DNA of 64,000 nt from Azolla caroliniana (lineage: Eukaryota; Plantae; Polypodiophyta): assembly GCA_043228905.1 (NCBI GenBank), contig JBHGNT010000013.1, forward strand, positions 18,414,001-18,478,000, read 5' to 3'. Position numbers and translations under genes: made by a program. Below the pieces are notes generated by a model. That model was not told where the DNA came from, did not search any database, and was given only the letters and a program-made list of their open reading frames with translations. Of the stretch, positions 26,803-40,000 are shown in pieces (the stretch's first letter is position 1; each line of letters starts with the position of its first letter).

Positions 26803-27959
26803 TGTGGTGTGCATGTGTTCCTTTGTGCCACCCTTTTAGCACACCCTTTTTAGTAGGCATGTAGCTAACCCAACCCACACTTTTAGCACACCCGTTTTAG
26901 CATGCATGTAGCTAAGCCAACCCACACTTTTAGCACACCTGTTTTAGCATGCATGTAGCTAAGCCAACTCACACTTTTAGCACACCCGTTTTAGCATGCA
27001 TGTAGTTAAGCCAACCCAAATGAGTACCTTTGTATGGACTATAAATTGAGCAAGAAATAAGGAGCTAAGGAGGCGAGTTTTTATCTCTTATGTGCATTTC
27101 ACATCATTGGTGGAGAAGACGGGCAAAATTTTAGCCACTAACACCTCGTTCATGGCGTCCCAACTCCCTCCTATCACCTTCGAAGCCGATACCCCTATGC
27201 AGCCTGAGTTCTCGTAGCCTCATGGGCGGCCACCCCACTTCCAAATGGAGCAGCTCTTGCAAGTCCTCTCCAACGCTATGCTTCAAATCAACTCTTGAAA
27301 TTGACCTCTGGGGTGTTGATGGAAGAGCCAAACCCCCACGTCCAAGTGTTTGCCTCTTTCGTTTCGTAATTATGCACCGCTCTCGCCACCATCAATCACT
27401 CCACCCACATCATCTTGTTAGACTCTGGTAGAGTATCTCTTCCATTAGCACCACCTTAGTTTGCCAGTTAGGCCACCCTCCATCCACCGCTCCCTCCATC
27501 CAAGTCCTTTTTTGGCAATCACACCACTTTTATATCTTGCACCACCAACTCTTCCCCCTCACCTTAGGTTGCGATTGGTTCCTCAAGCGTCGCACTATAA
27601 TTGATCTCGTTGCCCTCCAAGTTCTAGTCCTACGAGCTCCCCCGATCCCCCTCCTATACAATAGCCCTCCTATCCCCCACCTCAGCTAAGTTTAGGTGGC
27701 CCTCAGTCCATAGGAGCGATTGATCCCTATCAGCCTATAGCCCTCATGTTCCCCACGTGTGCATATGTTCCTTTGTGCCACCCTTTTAGCACACCCTTTT
27801 TAATAAGCATGTAGCTAAGCCAACCCACACTTTTAGCACACCCGTTTTAGCACGCATGTAGTTAAGCCAACCCAAAAGGGTACCTTTGTATGGACTATAA
27901 ATTGAGCAAGAAATAAGAAGCTAGGAAGGCTAGTTTTTATCTCTTATGTGCATTTCACA
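26803..27959 (+). mobile_element. Internally deleted Gypsy element E (1.16 kb), relative of D
   Basis: LTRs 26803-27103 and ~27757-27959. The same 17-nt PBS as D at 27108-27124. TSD ATAT at 26799-26802 and 27960-27963. Gag remnant MEQLLQVLSNAMLQ resembles IDQLVQALSNIILQ in D. A ~46-bp tandem unit occurs 4 times in the 5' LTR and twice in the 3' LTR. Confidence 0.85.
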
Positions 27960-28088
27960 ATATGCAAGCATTTGTTAGAGTTTGCTTTAGCCAACAACCT
28001 TGATTAACTCATTATGTGGGGTAAACAATGGCAATGGGCTTATCTAGATCCCTTGCCCTTTTGCTCGTGCACATTACCTATAGTTTCT

Positions 28089-28296
28089 TTTTTTATTATA
28101 AAAGATCCACCTTGGTATTAATGGAGAGATGCCCAACGGCTACAAAGAACTCATATAGGAAAACATAACCATCATACCCTCATCAACCAACATGTTAAGT
28201 AGCAAAAGCCCTCATCCATCTACCTGAACAACTGCATTTTCACCTCTAAATCGGGGTCCTTCCAAGACGGGGGGCGGAAAAAGCCATCTAGGTGAA
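28089..28296 (-). mobile_element. 5'-truncated LINE 3' end (~200 bp) with a 19-bp TSD
   Basis: CACATTACCTATAGTTTCT at 28070-28088 and 28297-28315; T-rich tail; AAGATCCACCTTGGTATTAATGGA shared with ~24948. Confidence 0.85.
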
Positions 28297-29038
28297 CACA
28301 TTACCTATAGTTTCTCACGATTTCTCTTTTACATGAGACCAATTTGATACTTGCCTACTTCATCATCACGGAAGTTTCTTTGGTGTCTTAAATGTTAACA
28401 ACCTTTCATTTAGCAAATAGAAATAAGCTTATATCTTAAGCTCTCCCAATGCACCCATGGGAATATCTCCCATTGTGTGAGATTGATATATTGCCCATAG
28501 ATCATCTTTCATATTTGGTAGATTGAGTTCACACAAAAAATTTCAATAAGTTCTCATTGTCATCAAACATTCAGCAAATAGTTTCAATGCAATTGTTAAC
28601 ATTGCAAATGATCTTGGTGTAGATCATCTAAAAAAAGATAAGGATCGTCACACGATTGCATCAACACATTGCTAATTTGAGTTATTTATGGAAGGTGATT
28701 ACATTCCATATTGCTAAATTGAGCTCTTTGCCTATATAGACAATCTTTCATATTGGAGCTAGATTTTATGCTTACATATGAATGTTACAAGTGCATTTTT
28801 ATCTACCAATTGTTGACTAACCATAATGGTAATTCACAATTATGCAAATGATCGTGTGTACCCTCCCCAATCTTGTAATCAAATGTGCCAAGTTCATTGT
28901 TAATCATCTATACAAGTTGGAAACCTAAAGGGTCTCTTTCATATTACAAGCCCAGTAAACATTGACCGTTTCTACATAATAAAATAGTTCCCATACTTTA
29001 CAATACCACCATTTTTCTTTTTATGCATTTGGCCTATG

Positions 29039-29478
29039 AAGGGTATTTTAGATTGAAACTATTAATCTTCATAAGTTTGTTAAAACCATAGTATGAAGCA
29101 TACGTACCATTCGTGCATTCGCATTCGCGAACATTCTTATCATTCAAATATAAAAAACACTCTCGAAATATGGTAAATACCATACTTTTGCACTCATTAT
29201 TTATTATAAGGTAAATATTTTTTTAGGGTAAGAAAGTTAAGGTAAAAGATGTAAAAAAAGGGTATTTTAGATTGAAACTATTAATCTTCATAAGTTTGTT
29301 AAAACCATAGTATGAAGCATACGTATCATTCATGCATTTGCATTCGTGAACATTCTTATCATTCGAGTATGAAAAACACTCTTGAAGTATGGTAAATGCC
29401 ATACTTTTGCACTCATTATTTATTATAAGGTAAATATTTTTTTAGGGTAAGAAAGTTAAGGTAAAAAATGTAAAAAAA
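29039..29478. repeat. Tandem duplication, two copies of 219 bp
   Basis: GGGTATTTTAGATTGAAACT at 29041 and 29260; the copies differ mainly by C/T and G/A transitions. Confidence 0.9.
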
Positions 29479-30110
29479 ACACAAGAATGTTTTAATAACA
29501 TACTACGGTTAAAACTGAATGGCATGAAATTATTTCTCACAATTAGTATTTAAACAATATAAATTTAATTCTCAAAATATTTGCAAATATTATAACACCT
29601 CTCATATCAAAACCAAGTACACCTCAAGTTCGAGAAATAGCATTGCATAACCATGTAATCTGAAAACGTAAAGTCATTTATCTTTTAAATGTGGTTATTA
29701 AATTTATTATTTGCATGTGAGCACATGACCATTAATGTTTGGATGCTCATCTAATATGAATTAAGGTACCACGTTGCAAATTTGATTATTACTTATCATG
29801 TTCATCGGCAAGGAGTTCAATAAATAGTATTGTGTACCTTTAGTTTGAAATGTAAAGTAGTTTTTATCATTTTTATTGTAGTTATTTAAATCATTATTGG
29901 TATATGATATTAAGTCCATTAATGCTTGGGTGCTTATCCAATACTAGTCAAGGTGTCACATTGCAATTCTGTTTGCTACTTATCTTGCACATATTGATCC
30001 TATCCGCAAGACTTGAATCATTCAATTTATAATTTATGTTGCTCATCATTTATCAATGTGTTCAAACATTCCGCAAATAGATAATGGAAGCAACTGGTGA
30101 TGGTTCTAAT

Positions 30111-30564
30111 TAACAATTGGCAACGGTTCGGTTCGGTTCAGTTCAGTTTGAGAGGGTCCAAAACGAACCGTTTAACTTTTTTGGAACCTGAACCGAACCG
30201 AACCACGAAACCGTTAAACATTTTTCAAACCGTTAAACCGTAAAAACCGTGGTTTCGTGGTTTGGTTTCGGTTTTCAACATAGGTCGAATTTTTAATTTT
30301 TAATTTTTAATTGTTTAAAATTTATAATATTTCATTTTTTAAAATGTTTAAAATTTTTAAGATGTTCCTAAAATGTGAGAATAAGGTCTAAAAATGAAAA
30401 GATTGTTTAAAAACATTTTAAAATTTTTTAAAATAATAAATAATAAACCGTTTAAAATGTGGTTTTTGACTATTGAAACCGAACCGAACCGTTGAAACCG
30501 TTAAGCTATTAAATCGTAGTTTCGCGGTTCGGTTCGGTTCAAACTGAACCGTTGCCGATTGTTA
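30111..30564. mobile_element. hAT-family MITE
   Basis: TIRs TAACAATTGGCAACGGTTC / GAACCGTTGCCGATTGTTA; 8-bp TSD GTTCTAAT at 30103-30110 and 30565-30572; subterminal AACCG/CGGTT repeats. Confidence 0.93.
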
Positions 30565-33500
30565 GTTCTAATTGCTAATGCCTTATTGTAGATTAGATTT
30601 CCTTCTAACCAATCATCACTTTAATTATTTTAAGAACTTTATTAAATTTACCTAACTTTTTATTTACAATGAAGGGTTAAGTAACGATATTTCAAAACTA
30701 AAACTCAAAGAAAATAAGGCATTTACGTCAAATTGTCTCCATAAGACGAGTCAGATATAAGTATACACTTAGAAGATAGATGCTTCAATGGAAAGTGTTC
30801 TCGTAAGCAACCATGGAGTAGTGTTGTGAGCAAAAAACTACTTAGTAATCCTACCATCTTATACAAGTTGAACTTTTATATGGAACATGTCTCTTGAATG
30901 TATCAATTGCAACCTAGAAGAATGTGAATAATCCTTGAAGAAATGGGGTTTTTGGTACACATAAAAAATATTATCGTATGAGGACTAATGTCAAAAGGCA
31001 AGGCAAAAATTTGTAATGTGATGGGTGTTACATTTGTACATGCACACTTAAACATATTTTATTAAGTGTAGCTTGAATACTTTGCGTAAACATGTGGGAT
31101 ACATGTCATGGTGCACGAAAAATACTAAATGCATGGTGGACCTCCCACTTCGGATTAAGTGTTGAAGATGTCATTTCATATTGACTAAGCAAAATAGTGT
31201 TAGTGCCTGTTCGGTTGTTGTTGTTGGTATTATGATGGAACACAAAACATGCTAAGAGATTGTGTTAGGGTGTGTTGGGTTGTTGGTGGTGATGTGGTGA
31301 TGGAATACCAACCAAACCTTGCAAGCAAGTGTACCAAGAGATTTTCAACATCCATATTGATACAACATACACACCTAAGTATCCTAAAGTTCACAAACTT
31401 GCTTGTTTTTTTCATTACTTATCAATCCTAAATCCTAAGTGCATGAGTGGAGAATGCACTTATTAACTAGTTGATAGAAATGTTCTATTGAAATTTGCTA
31501 TATCCTTCTTCTAAAAAAAATCTCAACTTTTGCAACGAGTAGCATTCATATTATTATTATTTATCTTAAAGATGAAATTTTGGATATACTATAAAACTGT
31601 GTTGTAATGATTTCTCCTTTCCAATAAAGGTTAGTCTTTTCAATTTCTATTATTTCATGTTTTATTATGTCTCATCTTTTGGTCTAGACTATGAATCATA
31701 TTTATTCGATTCTTTGTTCATGACAATGCTCGGTTAACGCAAAAGGCATACCTTAAAGTTTTTCATTGAAGGAATTCTAGCTCAAGTGGATAACCATAAT
31801 GCATGAGAATGCAGAACCAATATATTCATAAAAGCAATAATGGAGTAAATGCAGACCCGTGATGCATGTTAAATATATTAAACAAGCCATTGCTCTTTTA
31901 GATTGAGTGGTATATATTATATCATTGTATTGTGGTACACATGGACACTCCTATATTATCTTGAATGATGAAGAAATCTTTCCTATAGGTGAAAAGCCAA
32001 CATATTTTTCACATGCTTTGAACTAGTTCCATTATTTTGCATGGTTGAGATCATTAATGCATTAACGAAATATTCTATGCCACCAATTCACAATCGCTTT
32101 CAATCAAAGTGATAGATGTAAATTATCATCTCCATTACTTAGATATTTATCAGAATGGTTCCATCATAAAGGGAAAAGATAGTTCACTAATCCATAATGA
32201 AATAAGTGAACCATTGAAAAGTTTTAACTCAATGCTTTTATGCGAGTTTGGAATAAAGCAATACTCCCTTAGCTTAGGCAGACAAGATGACTTATGTAGA
32301 ATATCAATATTTGTTATTTTAATCATGTTATGTGCTATCCAATGTGGCCAAATCCTCGCGAGCATTTGTTTTCTTTTTTCATGAGGTATGTGCCAATAGA
32401 ATTAAGGCTCATGTGCAATTCACAATATAAGCCACCTCTTACTTGCAAAATCATTGAGAAATTGTGGGTCAATTGAAGAGCTACAAACCATAAATATGAC
32501 AAATTAGTAGTAAATCATCATAAAGCAAGTAATGTAAACAATTGACAAGAGAAATTTTCCATGATTATTAGATTTAAATAGAGAAATATCTAACTTGCTT
32601 AGAAAAAACAACATTTGTTAGCAAAAGGTGCATTATCTACTATCTTATCTTGAAATTCAATGCTTACGATGACTCAATCCTTAGAATGGAAATGGCATGA
32701 AACACGTCCAATATAACTAAGTCAATGGAGTATCGTTTTTCACACATATTTTAGTAGTTGAGCTCAAGAAAGTTACAAAAATATTCTCTAACTATAGTCT
32801 ATTACCACCAAGTCCGTCTCCAAAAACTCAATATGCTCCTAGTGAAAGTTCCAATACAAATATTCTTTCTTCATTTCCTTATGAAGAGTTCCATTGACCT
32901 TTATTTGGGCAAATTGAGAGATTTTCTTACGAGTTTATTTTTTCTTTAAAAATAATTATTGTTCCTTTTTTCCATATCTTTCTATGCATTCGTTCATATT
33001 TATTTTGTGCTTCAGTGGATGATGTGGAATGGATGGCAACTTCAATAGAGTGATTATCCTATCATTGCTTAGAAGATGGAGCTTTGAAAGGATCCCATCA
33101 CCTCTGCAAGGGTCCGATTTTGTCAAGCTATGGCTTGAGCCATGAATTGACACCCATTGCAAGAACTATAATATAGTTTAAGGGGATAAATTCTCTAATA
33201 AACTATAGCAATACAATTTCCAGAACTATACTTCTTATAGGCTTTGACATTACAATGGAAAACACTCACAAGGGGGCACAAAAGTCCACGAAAATGATTG
33301 ATTATGAGTTAAGATCACCAAAGATTCTCAATCCCAATGCAAGAATCTTGGCCATGATGGCAACACTTGGTTATGAGTCATATCGTTTCTTTACAAGAAA
33401 CCGTAAACATGCGAGGTGAAGACATTGGAGCACTCATTGGCCAATGCCTATGGTCTTGTAATCACCTCTTGATTCATCACATAAACCCTTGCCTCATGGG

Positions 33501-34320
33501 TATCAAACTACAATCCGATATCCAAGAGATGAAGCTCCTTGGGGGGGGATACTTCCAAGTTCCAATCATACACGTAAGCTAATAACAAGCATCAACTCCT
33601 TGGAGGGATGGAACTAAAAATTAGAAATTCTTAGGTTTTGCTCAAACCTAAACTGTTTAAAACGTTGAAACTTAAAACCAATGAAACCTTAACCAACCAT
33701 AATAACCATTTAAGATTAGTTTTTATAAACTGGAGGTTACTGGACATTTAAAGGGATTATCAAACCTAAACCATTAAGAGCATAAAACTCTTAGCAAATA
33801 ACAATGTATAGTGTCTCATGAATTCAATAATTTAAAATTCAAGAATTACAAAATAAATCTAAATTAAAGTTAAGAAAATATATGAATTTATAATGTCAAA
33901 CAACCACATCAAACATTTATGTCTTTTAAACCACAAATTTAAACTTGATATTAAGTCGATATACTTTCAAACCAAAATAAACTGAACTATTAACAATGTC
34001 GGCCAAACCAATTCCGACAATTTCATTTTCTCATTTTGTAGCTTAAGCCAAATTGAAGGATCAAATCATTTTAACCATTAAGCAAGCATTTGATTTTGGC
34101 TCAAATCATGCCATCACCTATAACTAGATTGAGCACCTTTGAGGGTCTCTCTCTCTCTCTCACTCAATACATAATCAAACATATGGATTATTCATATCAC
34201 AACACAAATATCATATTATGTGCATTATATATAACATACATTACATCCTCATCACAATGGAACCAAACCCATAGCACTTATCTACAAAGGGCAAGTCATG
34301 TGGTTATTCAACATGTATTT

Positions 34321-34360
<40 letters not shown>

Positions 34361-35936
34361 GTCTCCTTTTTCCCCTTATTGCCTAGTTTGCCTTCTTCAA
34401 GTGATGACATCCTCCTATTAATGGTGGTGGTCCAATGTGATTTCTTTTAGCCCCCATGCCTATTTATGTGCACTTCAAACTTGATGTTTAGAATTCTTTA
34501 GTCTCGGTCCAACAATCATAACATCGTCTTTCAAGTACCTTTCTCTCTTGGGGGTTACATGTGCTAATTCTCATGCTTCATTGTCTTTTACTTTGAATAG
34601 CTTTCAATGTGCTTTCACACATGCTTGCTGATTTTGGCCTTGAGATCAAAGAGTTTATGATTATCCTTGCATATGAGAACATAGAGAATAATGTTCATCC
34701 GGGAGTCACTTTCCTTTGCCTTTGCACTTCCACTCTCAACAACAAACTTGCTTATAACCATATGGTGCTCCTCTCTTCCTCCCCTCTTGTGCTTGATAAT
34801 AATAGCTTCTAACAAGACTTTTATTATAAATTTATTGCTTACACCGTCAGTAGAATCTATAGAAGGAATTAGTCCTTAAACATGAATTTAGAATTTAGCC
34901 CTTCAAATTCGCGAATCTCACTCTTCTCTCTCAATATGTAATGAGCACACCTCAATCAATCAAGGTCATGCCCTTCTAATGTTGTTTCTTTAAAAAACTT
35001 GAACTTTTTTAAATCTCAAAAGTAATTGTTAAACAATAAGATATTGTAGAGTGGCAATACATGAAACAATAGATACTGTGCTTCCATTCATATGCAATTG
35101 TAGACTTTTGTTGTCAAATGAATTATTGGAGCATTCTTTTTGCGAGCAATACTTGAAGAGTTTAAGCAAGTGCCATCAACTCGTAATAGTTGGTTGAAAT
35201 TGTAAATTTTGTTGACTACAAATATTTACGATGGGAACAAGGCAAAGTGGTGGTCAATAAACTATATGCGTGGTTTTCTCTCATTAATTCCTATTATTCC
35301 AGGTATGAAAAATTGAAACTTGGATAGTTAGTTAAAGAAGAGCATAACATTTGTGCGCATTGTCTAGCGAAGCATGCTCGTCCTCACCTACAAAAATCAA
35401 TTTGAATGTAAGGTAGAAAAAACACAGATAAACCCTCCACATAAAAGGGAGTTTTTAGACGACGTACATTGTTGATCAATGATTCGTAATGTCCATGTTC
35501 CAAAATTTATATTATCACTATAGTAGATGAATGAAACATGTCATTAACTCAATCAACCAACGATACAATCAATCTTGTGTAAATCATTGAATCGGCTCAT
35601 AGTGATTTATGGATAAAAGATGGGATCGAAAGAGGGCATTTTAATGCAATATCCCAGTAGTTATATATACCACAGATGCACGAGTGTAAAAGAGAAGCGG
35701 GGATCAAATGAAGGAATCTCATCGAACCAAGCAAGAGCCATACAAAAACCATCTATCTCACGACGCGGTGTACGAGTAGGTAGGGGCTCGAGGAAGAAGC
35801 GACTTTGGTCCGAATTGCAGCCCAGCAGTTGGACGCAGCGGACATCTCAACGAAAGCTCTCTCTCTAATAATGGCTTGGTTCTTTGGATCCTCTCTTTTT
35901 CCTTAGGTGGGAGGGGAACGGCTAGTTTTATATTTC

Positions 35937-36190
35937 ATGTATGTATGTATGTATGTATGTATGTTACAGCATAAACTACATATAATGCCAATGGGAATCC
36001 TAAGAGAGAGTCTAGAGAGAGAGAATCGTCATTGATGAGTCAGCCAGCCAGCCAGAGGTGCGTGCCACGTCACCGGACAAAACGCAGAAAAGTGCTTTTT
36101 TGCTTTTTCTTAGCTCGTTTATTGCCCCCCCCCCCCCCCCCCCCCCCCAAATTAATTAAAAAGCCCTCCTCCTTCTCTCTCTCAGAGTCC
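35937..36190 (+). promoter_or_regulatory. Putative promoter of the 36461 gene: (TATG)n, GCCACGTCA bZIP-type box, C24 tract, AT-rich core, followed by a CT-rich leader
   Basis: Motifs read directly: GCCACGTCA ~36064, poly-C 36125-36148. A long pyrimidine-rich 5' UTR runs 36165-36460. Confidence 0.4.
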
Positions 36191-36460
36191 TTATTTTCTC
36201 TGAGTAAATTTTAGGGTTTTCCTCCTTCTCCTGTCTGCTTCATCTTCTTTCCTCTTCATCTCCCTTCTTCATCTTCATCTTCATCTTCATCCTCATCTTC
36301 TTCTCCTGCCCGATTCGTCTTTCGTCTTTCGTCTTTCCACTTCAGTATCGTCTTCTTCTTCTGCCCGATTCATCTTCCATCTTTTCGCCATCGCCATCGC
36401 CATTTCCATCTTCTTCCTCATGTTTCCTACCTCCTTATCCTCCTCCTGCCGCTGATCTCC

Positions 36461-37060
36461 ATGGCCGACCCCGTGCACTGCTCCTTCAACTCTGACGACA
36501 ATAGCTTCGTGTCTCCTCCTTTCTCTGCAACTTCGCGAGCTTCTCCGTCCGTCGCTCACACGAACATGGGTCTCTGCAGGATGACTAACGAACGCAATCG
36601 TAATCTGCGAGAAAGAAATCACAAAGAGACGATTGAAACGGAACTTGACGAAGAAGAAGAAGGAACTGAAGATGATCAGAAGGAGCTTAGGTGCTTGAGA
36701 TGGTGGAACCAATTCCATTGTTTCAATGTTCAAAGCTCTTCTTCTTCCTCCTCAAGCTGCTTCTACTGTAACGAACTCTCTGCAAACTTGAAGAAGCTTC
36801 TGCGTAGAATTAGGTTAAAGCTCAGGAAGCTCAAGAACATCAGAAGACCTAAAACAAACTTCCATTATGATTCTTTGAGCTATGCCATGAATTTCGACGA
36901 TGGATCATATTATCATTCGAATGTCTTCTCGGCTCGCATTCCGACTCCTTCGTCTGATACAAATGCATCTTTATGTGCGAATAACATCTCTCTTTCGAAA
37001 CCCGCTTCTGTGTGCCATAGTTCAGCTCTTGTCTCTGTCACTCCTTCCCTATGCCGATAA
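36461..37060 (+). CDS. Uncharacterised plant protein (199 aa) with an FxYDxxSYxxNFDDG motif
   Basis: Intact single-exon ORF with ATG in CCATGG context after a CT-rich leader. A basic helix precedes FHYDSLSYAMNFDDG and FSAR, a motif set I recognise from a conserved land-plant small-protein family. Confidence 0.85.
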   Translation: MADPVHCSFNSDDNSFVSPPFSATSRASPSVAHTNMGLCRMTNERNRNLRERNHKETIETELDEEEEGTEDDQKELRCLRWWNQFHCFNVQSSSSSSSSCFYCNELSANLKKLLRRIRLKLRKLKNIRRPKTNFHYDSLSYAMNFDDGSYYHSNVFSARIPTPSSDTNASLCANNISLSKPASVCHSSALVSVTPSLCR

Positions 37061-40000
37061 GGCAAGAAATATGTCTGTTTCTTGAAATGGCAGAGAGGAG
37101 CGTTTCATTATATCCCCCATTCGTATTGAAGGCACTTACACTAATTCCGGAAACGGCTATAGTCCCTAACAGATACAGAGGAAGTCTCTCTTTATACTGA
37201 TAGGGAAAAGAGCTTGAAGAAGTTGTTTTGTCCTGGCACTGGCCACTGTCATTCTTCTTACTAGTTTTGTTATCTTTCTACTTTTGTTTTTCTTCAAGAC
37301 AGGACATTGATATTTTGCTTACAATTATTTTTGTCGGAGTCTCAACTCCCATTTATCATCACAGTTTAAAGGCTATCTTGGGATCATTAACTTGAGAGTT
37401 CAATTTCATATCCGAAAAAGGGAAACATCCGAATAAACGGATTCAATCCATTTTTCTTCAATTCTTGTATGATTTATGTTATTATCACTCACATCTTTGG
37501 CAATGGAATAAAGGTTTACCAATGGACTCTGACTGGAGAATTCATCCAACATTCAAAAACTGGAGAATTCATGTAATAATTGATTATCCTTGACAAGGAA
37601 TTATATTGACTGTTTGTGGATTTCATGGTGTCAGTGAAACCGGGTGTATTCATATTATCTTTATATTGATATGTTTTAGTACTACGTTCAAATTGAAGAA
37701 AAGTGTGTCGGTGTAGGAAGTAAAAGTGTGTCCGTGTATCTCCAATTCTTCATTTTCTTTGTCATTGTGAATTTCATGATGTAATGGAAGCTTGACTAGA
37801 ATCATCACAATATCTTTTGTTCACAGGCTTCTCTTTGACTGCAGTGTAAGTTTCCGAAACTAACTTCACAGATCGTAACATGAGGGCTGTGTGACACTGT
37901 GAGCGATTGGAAAAACAAAAAGGGAACCGACCAAAAGATCTTAGGGCTGTCTATCGTCTGTAATATTAAAAAGAAGCCGTATAAAGGTGTTATGGTGATT
38001 TGTTTTAAAGCCAGGTGTATAGTTCTGGCATTTCTCGTGCGTATGGCAGATAGGCCATCGCATGGAAGTGCTGAACTGACCAGTCTTTCCTTCCGATTTT
38101 GGTTTCCCGCCATTGATAGAAGTCAAGCTTCTCACATTCACCTTGGACGAGATCCCCCATGTCTTCATACCCCAACGGCAACAGGAATGAAATGTAGTGT
38201 CTCCCGAATTTCTAAATGACCATATGACAGATCAAAGCTATGACATATAATCGTCACCTATGTCATACATACCTCAGAAGAAAGAAATGGTTCCGCCAGG
38301 GGTACAACACGTGTTGGTAGGGTAGAGCATCATAATTAATCATTAAGTAAGTGATTTTATATAATTAAAAGAAAGAAATGGATTAGCGTCTATCATTAAC
38401 CATGAAGTAAAATATTCAATTAAAGAAGTGAAATGGATTAAGGGCATTTTTCCTCTCAATCACCCTAAGCAAAGGAATTGAGACGGAATTTAAGATCATA
38501 GGTTAGATGTAGAATTCACATAGTGCCTCGTTGCACCATATGATGTCCCTACATCGTTTTGTTTTGGTGGAGATATGTGTCTCCCCCCAATGAGGTGACT
38601 CAGTTTATGCTTGCAACCGAGGACCTCATGTCACAACATGTACTTGCCATGTGTCGTGAGAGTCATGACCTTATGTGAGTTGCCTCAATTTTCAAGTAAC
38701 TTTGTTTATGAGGCTTTTCCTCAAGCATCTTTGTCTTCCAAGTTCCTGTTTTCAGATGCTTGTGTGTTAATGGCATTGCTTTTGTTTGTTTAGGTGGTCA
38801 TGAAGGGCCATAATTGAACATTAACTCTAGGAACTTGAGATTCGATGAAATCTATCTTCGTCCCTAACCATATCTTCATGATATCTAGGTGGATATGCCC
38901 GATACTTGTTACATGGTAGAGTCGTGATCTTGATTCTCATTGTAAAGACGAAAAAGATGCCTCTAAAAAATGCAAGATTATTTGGTTGGAACCACCTATG
39001 GTTAGGATTATAATCTATCTTATTTGCGAACCTAATGATGAGATATTCAACAACGTATAAGATAGAGACCGAAAGAGAGAAAATAGTAGTAAGAAAGTGA
39101 ATGGTGTTTGCTTTTTGTATGCACAAGCAATATATGCTTGATCCAACATATGATTTTCTTTCTATCATGATTGCCACTCTTCTTTATTGTTTACATCTAA
39201 ATTGCAACAATGTAACCTTTTTACATATAAGTAGAACAACATTGATTAACTAATATGGACATAAAGAACATACCACATATGTGCATCACAGGAATGACAA
39301 GAAGAAGAAAATAAACCCTCCTTGATTTTTAAATGGGTCAGTACATTATTCAAACATTGGAATAATATATCACTCCTATTCGCAATAAATTGCATACCCA
39401 TGTGTGAAATATAACCATAAGAACCAGAGATATCATGCACCTATGCCTTCACTCATTTGGGTATTGTTCAAAGCCTAATTGAAATATTGAGCGAATGAGG
39501 TTGTGGGAAATACATGTGTTCTATCAAAGGGTGATATTGTAACTCCCAAACTTGTTCAAGGAAAAATAGGCATAGTGTCAAGTTTCCTCATTTGTGCCTC
39601 AACATCCCACCTCACATTGAAGAGAATGTGAGGTAAGTCATATGGAAGCAATAATGTGGATGGCAGGCAAATAGTGGGTGTTGGCATGTAAGAAGATGAT
39701 TTGTAGTTTTGGGCAATATACATGTAACCTAATATAATGTGTGAAATGTAAGCTTGCCATCTTTCCTGATTTGTGATTCATGAAAAAAAACCTCATTCAT
39801 GAAAGAACATGTTAACATTTCATGAAGCAAATGTGATGCATCTCATTTTCTAAACCACTTCTTCATGTATTGCATTCATATAGAACTAACAATTTTGCTT
39901 GTATATGTCTTTTGAGTCTTTTTACTTGCTTTCTATGCGATCATTGGAATTCAACGTGAGGTTTTTTTTAACATTACGTCGTAGCATGTACTTAGTAACC

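Noticed and set aside
26830-27020. ~46-bp repeats resembling a CRISPR array
   Set aside because: Head-to-tail units with no unique spacers, inside an LTR, in eukaryotic DNA with no cas genes.
34609-34812. LADFGL kinase-like motif in a 67-aa ORF
   Set aside because: No HRD, APE or other kinase motifs nearby; probably chance.
36293-36733. 146-aa antisense ORF
   Set aside because: Shadow of the CT-rich leader and coding region of the plus-strand gene.
37805-38219. Overlapping ~100-aa ORFs downstream of the 36461 gene
   Set aside because: No recognisable domain or convincing splice structure.
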